Below, piece after piece: positions 1 to 13,156 of a stretch of 64,000 nucleotides of DNA. Below the pieces are notes generated by a model, which worked only from the letters and a program-made list of their open reading frames with translations, did no database searches and was not told the origin of the DNA. How positions within the stretch are numbered: position 1 is the stretch's first letter; each line of letters starts with the position of its first letter. The translations under genes were made by a program, and so were the position numbers. Origin of the DNA: Ginglymostoma cirratum (Eukaryota); NCBI GenBank assembly GCA_024137785.1, contig JAHRHZ010000028.1, positions 27,569,847 through 27,633,846 on the forward strand, read 5' to 3'.

Positions 1-206
1 TTTGGTCACTAATCAATTGACTGGGTAGTCAAAAAATTTTACTTAGTCTGCAGGTTTTAGTGTAGCAACTTTCCCAAAAGGAGTACAATAATAGGTAAAA
101 TTATCAGCGTTCAAATGGAAGAGGCAGAACTTTGATAACAATGATAACTATTGACGGAATCGTCAAGATAACTGTTCACATAACATTTTTCCCTTTTTTT
201 TTAAAG

Positions 207-269
207 GTATTAGATGGCGCAGAACCAAAACGATCTGAAGAAGGACCAAGTTGTCTGAAACCTCAATAG
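207..269 (+). CDS. Probable terminal coding exon of an unidentified upstream gene, followed by AT-rich 3' UTR
   Basis: Strong acceptor (ttttcccttttttttttaaag, AG at 205-206). Phase 0 reads VLDGAEPKRSEEGPSCLKPQ* (TAG 267-269); phase 1 reads IRWRRTKTI*. U-rich UTR-like sequence follows, with AATAAA at 765-770. Frame and identity unresolved. Confidence 0.45.
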   Translation, partial: VLDGAEPKRSEEGPSCLKPQ

Positions 270-2084
270 AAGAATGTACAGTAGGAGCCGGCCTAGCTGT
301 TTAAATGCTCAACAAACTTATTCAAAGAGCATTTCTGCAATCCTAGGCTGCTTATTCTTTTAAGCCTGGTGTTTTTTTTTTTTTGCTGGCTTTTTCTTTT
401 CTATACTCCTTTAATTATAAATGAGTGTTTTGATTTTCTAACTTACTGCCGGGGGATGTAACTGTCATGTTATGTTGTGATAGCACAGTCTCCATAAAAT
501 CACTTGAGCCTGTATATGATTGATGTGGAAACAAGTAGTACTGTAATAATTTAAAAAAAAATCTTTTTGTCTGCTTTGTCTTTCCTATTTTGTTTTAGTT
601 TAGAACCTGGGCTTTAAGCTCAATTCAAAATGTTCCAAAGGATTCCCTGGTTTTAACTTTTTATTTTTAAAGAAATCTTTTCATGGAGGCAATCAAAACC
701 AATTTGGTATTTGCCATTATAGTTGTACGATACTCATGTCTTTTCAGGAACCAGCGCTGACTGTAATAAATGATGAGTATCAACTTTTAAACAAACCTGA
801 TTCAATACTAAACCATTGTAAATATCACTGTAGCCAAAAAAATGTGAATGGTTTTGTTCATGCAGAATTTGAGTTCACCTCTCTCATGCAATGCTAGCCT
901 TACTTATGCATTTTAATATGTTGACACCACTAGATGTTACATTTCAGGGCACAAATTATTATCAATCAGGCAAAGAAAATTAAAGCTTACATCTGCTGAT
1001 TTAACAGGGAACATAATTTAAGGTGTCAGTGTTCTAATTCTAGATGGGTATATTTTGACAGAATCATATTAGAGCAAGTTTGTCATAAGATTGTGCCAAA
1101 TGGAGTTTGTGGTGACAAGCATGAATCTCTGCTTGAGTCTTGATAGCTTCATATTCCACAAACACTTGCTGTAAAACAAACAAAAAAGCATTTCTGCAAT
1201 TATGTACTTTTGTGATAAGGCTTTTTCTTTTTTGCAAATGCTTTTCTTGGACCATGAACAAGCACTGGATTCTGCTGGTGACCTCTCTTAATACTTGTGG
1301 GTTTTATGCCAATGAGCCTGTCTAAGGCTATATACCTAACAGTGGGACCAGAAAATACTTTCACTCCAGTTACGTGAAAAAGATATATTTTAAAAAAAAT
1401 AAAGAATTTAAAAATATTGTAGAAACATGACCAATTTTTCAATCAAAAATTGCTTCTGTGTTGTCTTATGGGGATTCACCTGGGTGAGAATGATTCTGAT
1501 TTTGAGAATGTTGAATCTCCTGATATTGAACCATAAATGGGAAGCATTTGAACTCTGGTGAAATGTGCTTCCTGCTTTGTGTTCTTGTGTTAGATTATTA
1601 TATAGGAAAGGAGAAGGGAATAAATTTCCCTTACAATATTTTTATGACTACCATTCTTTCAGTTTGGAGTGACGTATCTGGTTCGTGAAGCAGATTTCAA
1701 AGCATGATCACACTAGTGTGATCAAACTGCATATGGAGGGCTCATTCAGATCATCACTTTCTGGGAAGAGTTATTCAATTAGGCCCTCTGCACTCCTGTT
1801 TCTCCATCGCCTACAAATTTTTCTATGTTCCCCATTTAAAAACAACTGAGTTTTTTATTAAGCCTTTTGTCTGTCCCCACCAATCCAGTATTTTAATTTG
1901 GTTCCCTTGCTGAATGTACATGCCTTTTCTGATGGGTCTGACCCAGCCTTTCCTAAAAATGTTCTGACCATGCTTTATTCTTGTGGTTTTCTTTTCATGT
2001 TGTGTACCCCACGGATTTTCTTTTGGCACCACCACAATAATTCTTGGGTTTTTGGATACTACTCTTTAATTGCAAGGACGCACA

Positions 2085-2212
2085 TTGAAAGATGAGGAAA
2101 GTAGAGTTCTGAGGAAGGGACACTCGACCCCTGAAACATTAACTCCACTGATTTCTCTCTCCACAGATGCTGCCAGACCTGCTGAGCTTTTCCAGCAATT
2201 TCTGTTTTTGTC
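2085..2212 (+). mobile_element. Penelope-like pLTR-derived short element with degenerate hammerhead motif (2106-2143)
   Basis: gtt-CTGAGGA-agggacactcgacccct-GAAAC-att-aac, then the shared tail cacagatgctgccagacctgctgagcttttccagcaatttctg. Confidence 0.65.
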
Positions 2213-3699
2213 AATATATAATATGGATTGACTTGGTCCCTTTTTAAACAATGGGGTACTGATCTTGCATCTGTCCTTGTTGAGAAGGTGTTTGTTTGTT
2301 TGATCTTGATTGATGAGTACATACGTTTTGAAAGCTTTGTCTCATGTGGGTAGAAATCTACAAGCAGCAGTCTTACCAATAGTGCATCATCTTACTGCCA
2401 ATGATGAGAGGTCAGTTGTTGAGAAGTCTGATGTACAGAGTCCTGGGAATTAAAGTAGGATGTAAAGGCATGGTGGTGAACATTAGTAGACTAGTCTTGC
2501 TTTTAAATTAGGAATTCTTGACCATAGTAAAATGGGCTGTGAGATGACATTGTACCTCCAACTCTGATTAATAATAAATGTAGCTGTTTTTCCCCCCTCT
2601 GTCATACATGCTGTGTTACTGGACAATTTTAAGAACTCATTGCAACTTCAGACATATAATTCTTAATGTTATCTTGTTTGTTGGTAATTAAACTTTGTCC
2701 AGCGTGTATTGAGTTTTAACATTTGATGAAGGCTGATGGATTAAAGGTACAACACTGAAAGCTTTCAGTGTGAATTTAAAAATAGTAATTTGTTAGTGGA
2801 GTTGATAAGTGTGCTTGTTTTGACTGTGATGTTTTTTTTTTCTCCAAAATTGTTGAGATACCTTCTGGAGGAAGTAAGAGGAGGAGGAGAGAGAACTGTT
2901 TGGTGGATTAGGCATTTTGTCTTTATCAAAAGTTGCCACCACTGCCCATCTGGAAATGGAAGTGATAGCTTTTTAAATGGAGGCATGCCAGAGCAATTAC
3001 CACCATTTTTAACAGGCGTGAATTTTACTATTTAACAGTTTAACTGCATTTATGTTTGCAGCATTGGTGGTGAAAATAAGCTGCTGTGTTACGCAGTGCT
3101 GTAGAATTTGAGTTATGTCTTAAATGTGAAAATTAATGTTTATTTTCACAAACTTAGACCTCAAATTAGAATTTGTTTGCGAAGTGAGGAATTGTCATCT
3201 CGGTGGTTTTAAACACTGCAAATGTTAATCCACAATTAAAACAGAAAATGCAGGAAACATCGGAGTTAAGCCCTTTCTTGATGACTTATTGTCAGAACGG
3301 GAAATTTTTAGATGAAAAATACGTCTCCAGTCGATTTATGCAGGGAAGATATGTAGGTGAGAACACTGATAGGATAGAGGACAGGAGTGAATAAATGACA
3401 AAAGTAATGAATAAGGAAAACTAAAATTTAGTGACAAACAGATTAAAGACAGACCAAAAGAGGATCTAAATAGCTACCGTAGAGGAGCAAGAGGCAGTAT
3501 TGAAAATCTGGCAAAGGAAGGAGGCCTCTGACCTAGGAATGTGGTATCAGGAAGGTAGGCAAGCCCCAGGGCTTCGGACCATCCCTAAGTGACTGATTTG
3601 TAGATGTTGAGAACCAGGTATTTTCATTGAATGCCCTCTCTGCATGCTAAGATGCATTATTCTTGCCCAAATATCAGCCTTTGCTAATAAAAGGATAAG

Positions 3700-5690
3700 T
3701 ATTGTGGCTTCAATATGACTATAAAAGATGAAGTTGCATTGGAGGCAGTTCAGAGGTGATTCATTAATTCCAGAGGTGATTCATTAATTCCAGAGGTGAT
3801 TCATTAATTCCAGAGGTGAGGGTTTTGTCTTTTGAGATGGATTGAGTGGTTCAGGCGTATTCTGTCTGGATTTTAGAAAAAAGTGAGGAGATCTAATTGA
3901 GGTATATGAGATGCTGAAGGGGATTGATGAAGTAGACATGGAGAAGATGTTTCCTTGCGGGGCAACCGAGAAAGGCCATATTCCTACGGTCAAGAATTCC
4001 AATCGAGAAGACTGTGCAACTTCCTCCGATAAATTGGTGCTGCTTCCCTCTCTTGCCCAGAATTCAAAAGGTTTATCTGTTTCGCTTCCAATGTCTACCC
4101 TGCTGTCACCTTCACCTGATCCATCTCTGACTCTTCCCTTCCCTCCCTTGACATCTGTCCCATTTCTGGGGATAGACTGGCCACTAATATCCATGACAAA
4201 CTCCCCACCTCCCACAGTTATCTTGACTACATGCCCTCGTACCCTGCTTCCTGTAAAAACTCTATTCTATTCTCCTAGTTCCTCCATCTCTCACATATGT
4301 TCTGAGGATGCCAACTGCGACAAGGGATTCTGAAATGAATCCTCAAAAGAGGATTCTTAAACATTGTAGTTGACAGGGCCCTCAGTCAGGTCCAACCTAT
4401 TTCCTACACCTCGACTCTTGCCCCCTCTCTTCCCTCCCAAACAACATTAGGGCCCCGCTTGTCTTCACCTACCATCCCACCAGCATCCGCATTCATAGGA
4501 TCATTTAAACTGTCATTAGTGCCACCACTAAACACAATTTCCCCTCCTTTCCCTTGTCAGCTTTCTGCATGGATTGTTTCCTCTGGGGCTCCCTGGTCCA
4601 CTCCTCCTTCACTTCCAATGCCTTTCCATGACCCCATGGCACTTACCCATACAATCGCAGAAGATCTCCCTTCACACTATCCGAGACCCCAGACACACCT
4701 TCCAGGTGAAGCATTGCTTTACCTCACTTTACTCAATCTAGTCTACTGTAGTTGTTGCTCACAGTGTGGTCTCCTGTACATTGGGGAAATGAAGTGCAGA
4801 CTGGGTAACCACTTCACCGGATACCTGTGTGTGTCTACAAAAAAGACCCTAAGCTTCTAGTTGCCTGTCACTTAAAAGTATTGGTGTTCCCTGGTCGACA
4901 TCTCTGTCTTGGGCTTGCTGCAGTGCTCCAGCAAAGCTCTGAGCAAGCTGGTAGAACAGAATCTCATTTTCTACTTGGGAACTCTGCAGCCTTCTGGATT
5001 TAACATCGAATTCAACAATTTTAGGTCTTGAGGCACCTTCTTCCGTGTTCTCATCCCCAACCCTCTCACACCAGGTCTTGTCATCACGTGGGCTGCAACC
5101 GCACAATACCCATTGTCAGCTATTAGTAGTCCCCATTAGCAGCTATTCATTCCCCTACATGGACCTTTACCCACTCTGTCCAACTGTTTATCTCTCTGTT
5201 TGGCCCCTATCTCCACCTAATCATTTACTCTCCCCCTTCTGCCTCACCCCATCTTCTGCATAAATATCCACCAGTTCTTAGCATCACTCCTGAAGAAGGG
5301 GCATGGGACCTGAAATGTTAACTCTGATTTCTCTGCATGGATGCTTCCAGACCTGCCATTCACGTTCCAAACAGCAATTTGTTTTTTTTTTTTGTTTCTG
5401 GAACAGGAGACTGTAGTTTTAGGATAAGGGGTAGCCAATTTAAAACAGATGAGGATAAATTAATTCGCTCAGGATTGTGAATCTATGGAATTCACTACCC
5501 CAGAGTGTGATGGATGCCAGGTCCTTGAGTAAATTTAAAAAGGAGATAGACGACTTTAATTAGTACCGGATTGAAGGGTTATTGGGAGCCAGCGGGAAAG
5601 TGGAGTTGAGGCTGAGATGAGATCCGCCATGATTTTATTGAATGGTGGAGCAAGCTCGTGGGGATGAATTCCTGCTCCTAGTTCTTCGGC
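3700..5690 (+). mobile_element. CR1 LINE 3' fragment (about 3700-3960 and 5400-5690) interrupted by a degraded Penelope-like element (about 3960-5395)
   Basis: CR1 C-terminal motifs (GDLIEVYEMLKGIDEVDMEKMFP) resume after 5400. The insert encodes decayed RT and GIY-YIG remnants (NLVYCSCCSQCGLLYIGEMKCRLGNHF) and ends in a hammerhead-like motif at 5290-5322. Confidence 0.8.
3751..3819 (+). repeat. 20-bp tandem repeat x3.4
   Basis: cagaggtgattcattaattc occurs three times exactly plus a partial copy, within the CR1 fragment. Confidence 0.95.
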
Positions 5691-8600
5691 TGTCTAAACT
5701 TTTTTTAGAAAAACTGACCAAAAGGAAGCACAATAGATGTACTAACTAAACTCACCCATATGCTTCAGCCAGTTTCTGTTCTTGTAGATTATTTTGAAGG
5801 CTGTAGAAAGGATCAACTGGCCTCTATAGTACTGTTAACATCTTTCAACCTAATCAGTTCCTTTCTTGGTATGTCTGTGGGAGATTATTTCTTGGAGCAT
5901 GAAGATATTCTAATAGAAATAGGAGTTCGTTTTCTTGTGTTGAAGTGATTTTTCTTTTGATTCAGCTTAATGATGGGGCAGTCTTGTATCTGATTTGTAC
6001 ATGAGACCAATTTCTTTTAAGTAGGATTTTTGAGCTCCTTGTATACATGTGATGTGTATAAAAGTAATTATCCCAATGAAAAACAATGATAACTAATCCA
6101 GTAATGGCGTTACAACAAGCTTACAGAGCTGGAGAAATTGATTATTTCATACTGGGTACTGTTGCTTCTTGCACAGTTGAGGGAGGGAGGTCAATAAAGC
6201 ATGGCCCACGATGATAAACATTTTGTGCCTCCATGAGCCTGTACTGAATAAAAGAAAGATAACTCCAAATGTATTTGCAAATAACTAATTTGGTCTTTGC
6301 CTGTTGAGGTCCTCAAAGATCCATTTTAGCCGTACCAAAGGATTCAATACATATAACAGGATAGTCCTCCACAGCGGCTCATTTAAGTGACGCAGGTTTC
6401 CTTCTGGTGGCCTTCGCTGGCGATGTTGGCAGATACTTGGGAAAATTTTTTCATCCGCCTCTGTCTTCTCCTCCTGTTCTTCCGCCCCTCCCATCCACCC
6501 TCAGCAACGCCCCTCCCATCCACCCTCAGCAACGCCCCAGCAACCCACCCTCAGCTTGAATCCCCAAGGCTAAAAGCTCACTAACTAAACATGATGACAG
6601 CTCAGTGGACACTGAGGATATCCCTCCTTTCTACGATTCTCCCCGTAGACATCCTGAGATATGAGCAGGAGTAGACCAAACCACTTCAAGCCACCTTCAG
6701 CATCCACTCCACCTTTCTACTTTTTTTTTTAAAGAGTCTTAATGATCTGGGCCTTGATTTATAACTCATTGACTGAACACCCACAACCCTCTGGTATAGA
6801 TAATTCAAAAGCAGAATTGTGTCCAGAACTTGGTAAACTAGTTCTGTGATTAAAAGTTAAAGATTTTGAGAAAAATTAACACTGAGAATGGGAAAGCTTC
6901 TCCACATGAAGTATGTTTGCGGTGGTGTATACAAGGTCATGGGATGTATGAGGTAGTTGATTCTCTACAGTGTTTTTGATAGGAAAAATCAACAATGCTG
7001 ACCGCAACCAATTCAATAATACACTCGTGATTCATTGAGTGTTGAGATTTTCTCTAATGAAAGATAGGCAAGAATTGGGAGAAACTGGTTTTGGAATTTA
7101 GTGTGCACTTCCCAATGACTGCCATTAATATACACCTGAAAAATGTGGTCATAAGGCAGCAGGTATAATATAACTGGGAGGCGGAATTGGTTTTGCTGTG
7201 GCTGTTGTCGCTGGTTCTTTTCAAATCTTAATTGGAGGTCTGTTAATTGCTGTAAGATTCTTAAAAAAAAAGGATGGAGAAATCCCATTGCCTTATATCC
7301 TACAGCATTTTGATGAAATTAAATAACTAATGCTTGCTTTGTAAAACATCGATTACAGCTCCTTTTTGCGTCACCAACACTTGCGTCACAGTAGTGACGA
7401 AATATTGAAACAAAAACAGAAATTACTAGAGAAACTCAGTAGGCCTGGCAGCATCTGTGCAGAGAAAATATAGTCCAGTCACCTCTGGAGAAAGCTCACT
7501 TGACTTTAAACTGAAACTCTGCTTTCTCTCCACAAATGTGGCCAGATCTCCTGAGTTTCCCCAGCAATTTGTTTCAGATCTTCAGCATCCTCTCAGCCCT
7601 CTATTTTGTCACTAATATAAAACAATACTGGACTTGTAAGAATATTATTGCACCCTCATGCCATATACTTTACTGCAGGTGTGTGTTAACTAAAGCATTC
7701 AGAATTCTTTAAACATTTTCTTTCCATAAAACCCTGCTCAATATTCTGTTTTTGTTTGGTCTCCTGGTACTAAAGCGTTGCCTTTGTGAAAGGGTAAAAT
7801 AGACACAGTTGAGGAAAATCTGAAAATATACCAAATAATATTCACAACACAAAATCTGTGCTATTCATTGAAGTATTATCATAAACTTTTTGCAATAATG
7901 AAACCTTGTCCTTTATAATTTAAACTTTAATTGATGTATAATAAATGAGAAAACTAGCTCACTACCTTGCTGGTGCTGGTCAATTTATGTGGACTAATTT
8001 CATTTGTGATGGAAGATTTATAATTCATTGCCACGTGTAATGTGTGCAAGCAATGCATTCATCATGGCTTGAAAAAGAAAGCTATTTATACTAGAACTAG
8101 TGCAATATCCTGTTAGTTAACTTCAGTACCTGCAGAATTGTAACTGTGAATTTGGTGAGCCAACCCTCTCTGAAAGTTTGGACTTTATATGCCAGTGTAT
8201 GCTGTCTTTTGGATGAATATGAAACAGCCAGTGAAGACAGTAGAAATGTGTAGATAGGGAAGGACATTGCCATGGGTAGATGATCTTTGTGGCTTTCTGT
8301 ATACACTATCAATTTAAGATAGTGAAAGACTGTCTGTCTTTGTCTCTGTAGTATGGTATTACCTCTGTGCAAATGCAAAGTCATTGCTGTCATCTCAGCT
8401 GGATATTTGGTTAGTGGATAATTTTAAAATGGGTGGTGCAGTTTCCTCACTAGTACTACTCGTTATTTTCAGCCTGATTTCTCAAAGGACAAGGCGTTTG
8501 CTTGAAAAATCTAAAAGGCCATTGGTTGAGATCGAAAGGAAGCTTACTCCACTTCACCTATTTAAGTAATACTTGATATGTTGAAAGAAGAGAAAACATT

Positions 8601-10261
8601 AGTCTAAATATTATTTGATCATTTCTATTGCATACAACCTTCTTCATTGCTGTACTGTGAAGAGAAGTAGATGGAAAATTGTCATTTAACCTTAATAAAG
8701 GTCTCCTGAACAACTTATGTTTTATGCATTTTATCTTTTCTGAAAGATGTAAAGATTTTAAAAACATGTTTCTTGTGCATTGTATGACAGTGCTGAGAAA
8801 CTGAATGCTGCATGATTTTCAAAGTGGAAGCACTGTGATCAAAGTTTGAGATAGCCTGCTAACCCAAATCTTTATTGGTGATAGAGCCATTATCAAAGTC
8901 CGCCATCAACCATGAAGGTCAGATGCATTTTTGTGCTCCAATATATTTTATGATGGCACTCGATTTTCCTGTTGCTCATGTTTAGTGCTCACCCACTGCA
9001 GCAGAAATGTGTTGCTGGTTTTGCCCGTTCATGTGTGTTGTGTGGCTTCAATAATTAACGTAGGGTTAGGAAGTATAAACCTTATTGATTTTGAAAGCTA
9101 CAGGTTTAACATTTATGCTATTTATTTACATATAAACAATTGTAATTCCCTTCAGGAAACTCACTGGTCATAGTAGGGGACAACAAGCATGGGGCTGGAT
9201 GAACACAGCAGGTCAAGCAGCATCATAGGAGCAGGAAATGTTTTGGGATATTTTGAGAGGCATAAATCACTGTAAAAATGCACATACACTCACTGCCACA
9301 TCTCTTCCAGGCTATTTAACTCACTAAAAATACAAATTGTTTTTATTATCTTAATATTACTAAATGCTTAAGAAGCAAGTAACAGTCTTAGTTCCGTCCC
9401 AAGTCATCTTGTCAGTTTGTTTTCACTTCAGTTACCTTTGCTCTTTACCTCTGGGGAATTTGCAATATTTATTCTTCTCTCTTTGAAGCTATCTAATGTT
9501 ATATGTATGGATGTTTTTTAAAAAATTTGCAATTTAGTACTTGAACCATATCCGGATTTTTAAAGGGCATAATTATTGTTTTAATTATTATACCCTTAAA
9601 TGTTTTTACAATTTCTGCCTGGACATGTGATCTATGTCAACTTGTGTGGCGAGGTTCTGTGACTGCATACTTCCCCATCCATCATCTCAGCATAAACATT
9701 TAAAGTTTTTTTTTTAGGTTCAAAATCTTCATCAGCTTTGTTCCACCCTCAAGCAATGAGATACAAAGCAAACTTCTTATTTATCATTTGTCCAATATTG
9801 ACTAATCTGGTCACTAGACTCAGTTGGCCGTTGACTACTGCAGTCCTTCCAGTTTTTCCTTGTGTGAAAAGCCACAGTACCGTAAGAAATTGGGTATGAA
9901 GCGATGTCATTCCTGCTGTACTGTGACACAAACTCTGAGCAATGAATCATTCTGGTATCAAGTCTGTGCCAATAGGAAGGAATGATTTCGCCACAAGAAG
10001 CCCAGCTTCATTTTGGATCTTGTTTTCTCAGTAGTAAAATCTCTCTAGTTCAGATACTTGGGTGCTTCTTGAACAAACTGCATAAAAACTGAAAATGCTT
10101 TTCAGACTGGGAAGGAAAAGCCAAAAAAAAAATTAGATATCACTGTAGTAAATAGATTCTGAAGGACTAATTATCATTTCATGAGACAGAAAAGTAAACA
10201 ATACCTCCATCTGTTCCTCGTTTCCTATTCGCCAAGATCAGATGATGAGGGGTTGATGTCG

Positions 10262-10585
10262 TGAGCTTATCACTGGACTAGTAATCCAGACACCGGGTTA
10301 ATGTTCTGGAGACGTGAGTTCAAATCTCACCAGGGGATGTTTTTTTAAAAAAAAAAAAAAAAAATTGATACCAGCCTTATGGCAGCTACTGTCAATTTTT
10401 GTAAAAATCCATTTGGTTCACTAATGTGCTTGAGGAAAGTCCAGTAATTTACCACCTTACTTGGTCTAACCCATATGTGACTCCAGACACGCAGCAATAT
10501 GGCTGATTCTTAACAGCCTTCTGGGTAATTAAGGATGGGCAATAAATACTGGCCTTGCTAGCAACACTCACGTCCAATGAATGAT
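10262..10585 (+). mobile_element. tRNA-derived SINE with L2-like 3' tail
   Basis: B-box-like gagttcaaatc near 10316. The tail ggatgggcaataaatactggccttgctagcaacactcacgtccaatgaatga is shared with L2-type fragments at about 17000 and 18960. Confidence 0.55.
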
Positions 10586-12139
10586 TTGTAGAGAAAAGGT
10601 CATATTCCTTGAATTCCTAAGTAGATTCTACAAAAGCTGGCCCGTCCTTGTGACTTATTTAGTTGGCCAAGTGTTTGCAGTTATCTCAGCTGTTGTAGAG
10701 ACTATCACTGAACTATTCTCCGCCAGTTTCGCTGTGACAGAAACAGGGCTTAGCCAGATTTGGAAAGGCTTCCAACATCCTTGACTGATTAGAGAAACCA
10801 CTCTGCACCACACTGGTTGAGATGACTCGAGGAATTCCTGCTGTGCATAAATTTAACTGAAAACAAAATGACGCACACAGTTTATTTAAAAATATTTTCC
10901 CAAGGTATAATATATCAGAATAATGGACTGTGCAATTAAGATAATTTTCATAGGCAGAACAATTTTCGAAAATGTTTTTGTATGGAGTTCTATCTGGTTA
11001 ACAAATGAAATTGCATGTTACATTTAACAGAAGTAAAAGTGAAGATACTGGAAATCAATGAAATATGCAGGAAATACTTGGCAAAAATTGCTGCCTAGTA
11101 CAAAGAATCCGTTGTTTATTAAATGCTGTTCTTGTTAAGGCATTCTTACATTTTAAAATCACTTTATGCTATACACCATATAGCCTCAAGGCATTAGTAA
11201 TGCTTCAAAATAGCACACTCAAAGTTAGAAAGCAATTTGACACAATATTTGAGATGGAATTGCAGTTTGTGGTGGCACAAATGAATATTTCATTCTCTAC
11301 ACTAGCATTGTGGATGTTAAAGCTGTAATTCTCCACACACTGATCTCAATTTATCATGTTTTTGCACATGAAACAATAGTAGACTGTTCCTCTGCATTTT
11401 CAAATGCAGGACATTAAACTATTGGGACATTAGCCTGCCCTCTTGGAAGATAGAGTGCAAAGGAAAATCAAGTGAGGATTTCAAAGTATATTCAGAGGCA
11501 GCTGAAAACCAGGTTTTGATAGATCTGTCATACATTTTATATTTACTGTTTAAGAAGTGATTTTGGAATGTCTGAAAAATTTATGTTTAGAGTGGCGATG
11601 AGCAAATATAGGGCAGTGCTGCAGCAGTTGGAGAGACGGGTAGTTAATGTTTCAGGTCAATCACCTTCTATCAAAACTCTGACCTGAAATCTTGGGTGAA
11701 ATTTAATTTAGATGTTATGGTCACAACTCACCATCTTAAACGTTGGGTGAGCCCTCTTTTAGATTGTCCTGAAGTGATTTCATGGCTGGCGCTGGAGATC
11801 AGCTCGGAGTAAGATTTCTTCTCTGTCACAGGAGGAAGTTCTGCATTTTGAGACCTGTTGGCCAATCGGATGGTTGGCAGTTCTTTAGCCCAAGCTGGCT
11901 TACTAGAGGTAGCAGAAACTGCTGGGACTGCAGGCAGTTCCTAACCCTGTGGAGCTAAGGGTCAGCATGAAGAAGCGAGTGAGGGTTTTGACTGGACTAG
12001 CACTGTACAGGAGGACATGGAGGCACTGGGGGAGGAAAGTGATGGGGGGAGTAGTTCTTTGTTGAGAATAAGCTGTTGGTAAAGGAGGGGTGCTCACCAC
12101 CTCCAGTGCACGGCCTGCAGGATTTACCATAGAAGAATA

Positions 12140-12740
12140 ATTGAAGGAATGGGCAGATGCATTAGACCGTCATCAAGGCATAGAATACCAGAGCAGGGAT
12201 GTTATTTTGGAACTGTGTACAATGTTGATAAGGCCATAACTGGAGTAGTATGTGCAGTTTTGGGTCACCACTGTATTGGAAGGATGTGATGATGCTCGAC
12301 AAGGTGTAGGTGGGTGGAGTGGGGGGGTGCGCATGGAGGAGCGGGGGGATCACTACAATATCACCTGGGCTGGAGCTATGGAGAAAGACTAAATAGGCTG
12401 GGGTTGTTTTCCTTTGAGCAGAAATGGCTGATTGTAGAAAATTGAGGAGCATAGATAAAAAGAAGAGGGGTCAATAACCAGGGGGCATAGGTCTGTGATA
12501 AGGAGCAGGAGATTTAAATGGGTCTAAAAGAAAACAGTTTTTACTCGGTGGTGGGTATCTGGAAATTCACAGCCTGAAAGGATGATAGAGGTGAGAGCTG
12601 TCGCACAATTTCAAATATATTTAAATGATCATTTTACACCACTGCATATAAGGCCATGAGTCAAGTACTCAATTTTTGGGCTAGATACATGTTTGAATGA
12701 TGTGGATGCAATGCAGAGTTTCCGTGCTGCAAACTCTGAC
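12140..12740 (+). mobile_element. Degraded CR1 LINE 3' fragment
   Basis: CR1 RT C-terminal signature (L(E/Q)YC/VQFWSP-type: ctggagtagtatgtgcagttttgggtcacca; ggtgggtatctggaa). Confidence 0.7.
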
Positions 12741-12976
12741 TATTGGCCCTTATTTGGCTCAAGACTGATACCACCCATTGCTTGTAAAATACTAATGGTG
12801 ATCGGTTTGACCCCAGACTTTATAATAGTCCCCGCTGCTGATCTGCTCCCAGAGAATGTAAGGTTTCTCTTTGTGGTGCTGTCTAATTTGCTGACTATTC
12901 CTATTGCTGACTGCTTTTTAAATAAAGATTTTAAGGCATACATAGAGCATCATCTTTAATCCAGGAGGTAATTACT

Positions 12977-13156
12977 CTAGGATTTGAATTGCAGCGCTGC
13001 ATATTCCACTGATTCTGAAGAATTGATCTTGATGTTTTCTTTTTGCTGTTTCAAATCCTTTAAGTTAGCATAAGTTACAGAATCTTCCTTTGTTTGAGCA
13101 GATGGTTGAAGGGTCATAGTGGAATGAATGACAGTGTCTTCCCTTTCCCTGTCAGA
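12977..13156 (-). CDS. Gene B (CD300/pIgR-like, 2 IgV) exon 7: terminal cytoplasmic exon with ITIMs
   Basis: Acceptor tctttattttag, phase 0. SDREREDTVIHSTMTLQPSAQTKEDSVTYANLKDLKQQKENIKINSSESVEYAALQFKS*. ITIM-type VTYANL (13061-13078) and VEYAAL (12992-13009). Aligns to the gene A last exon. Confidence 0.9.
   Translation of the reverse strand, partial: SDREREDTVIHSTMTLQPSAQTKEDSVTYANLKDLKQQKENIKINSSESVEYAALQFKS

Noticed and set aside
3751-3819. Direct repeats resembling a CRISPR array
   Set aside because: No spacers; a simple 20-bp tandem duplication inside a CR1 fragment in eukaryotic DNA.
12693-12959. ORFs on both strands next to the gene B stop
   Set aside because: They fall in the probable gene B 3' UTR or a CR1 tail; no recognisable protein.
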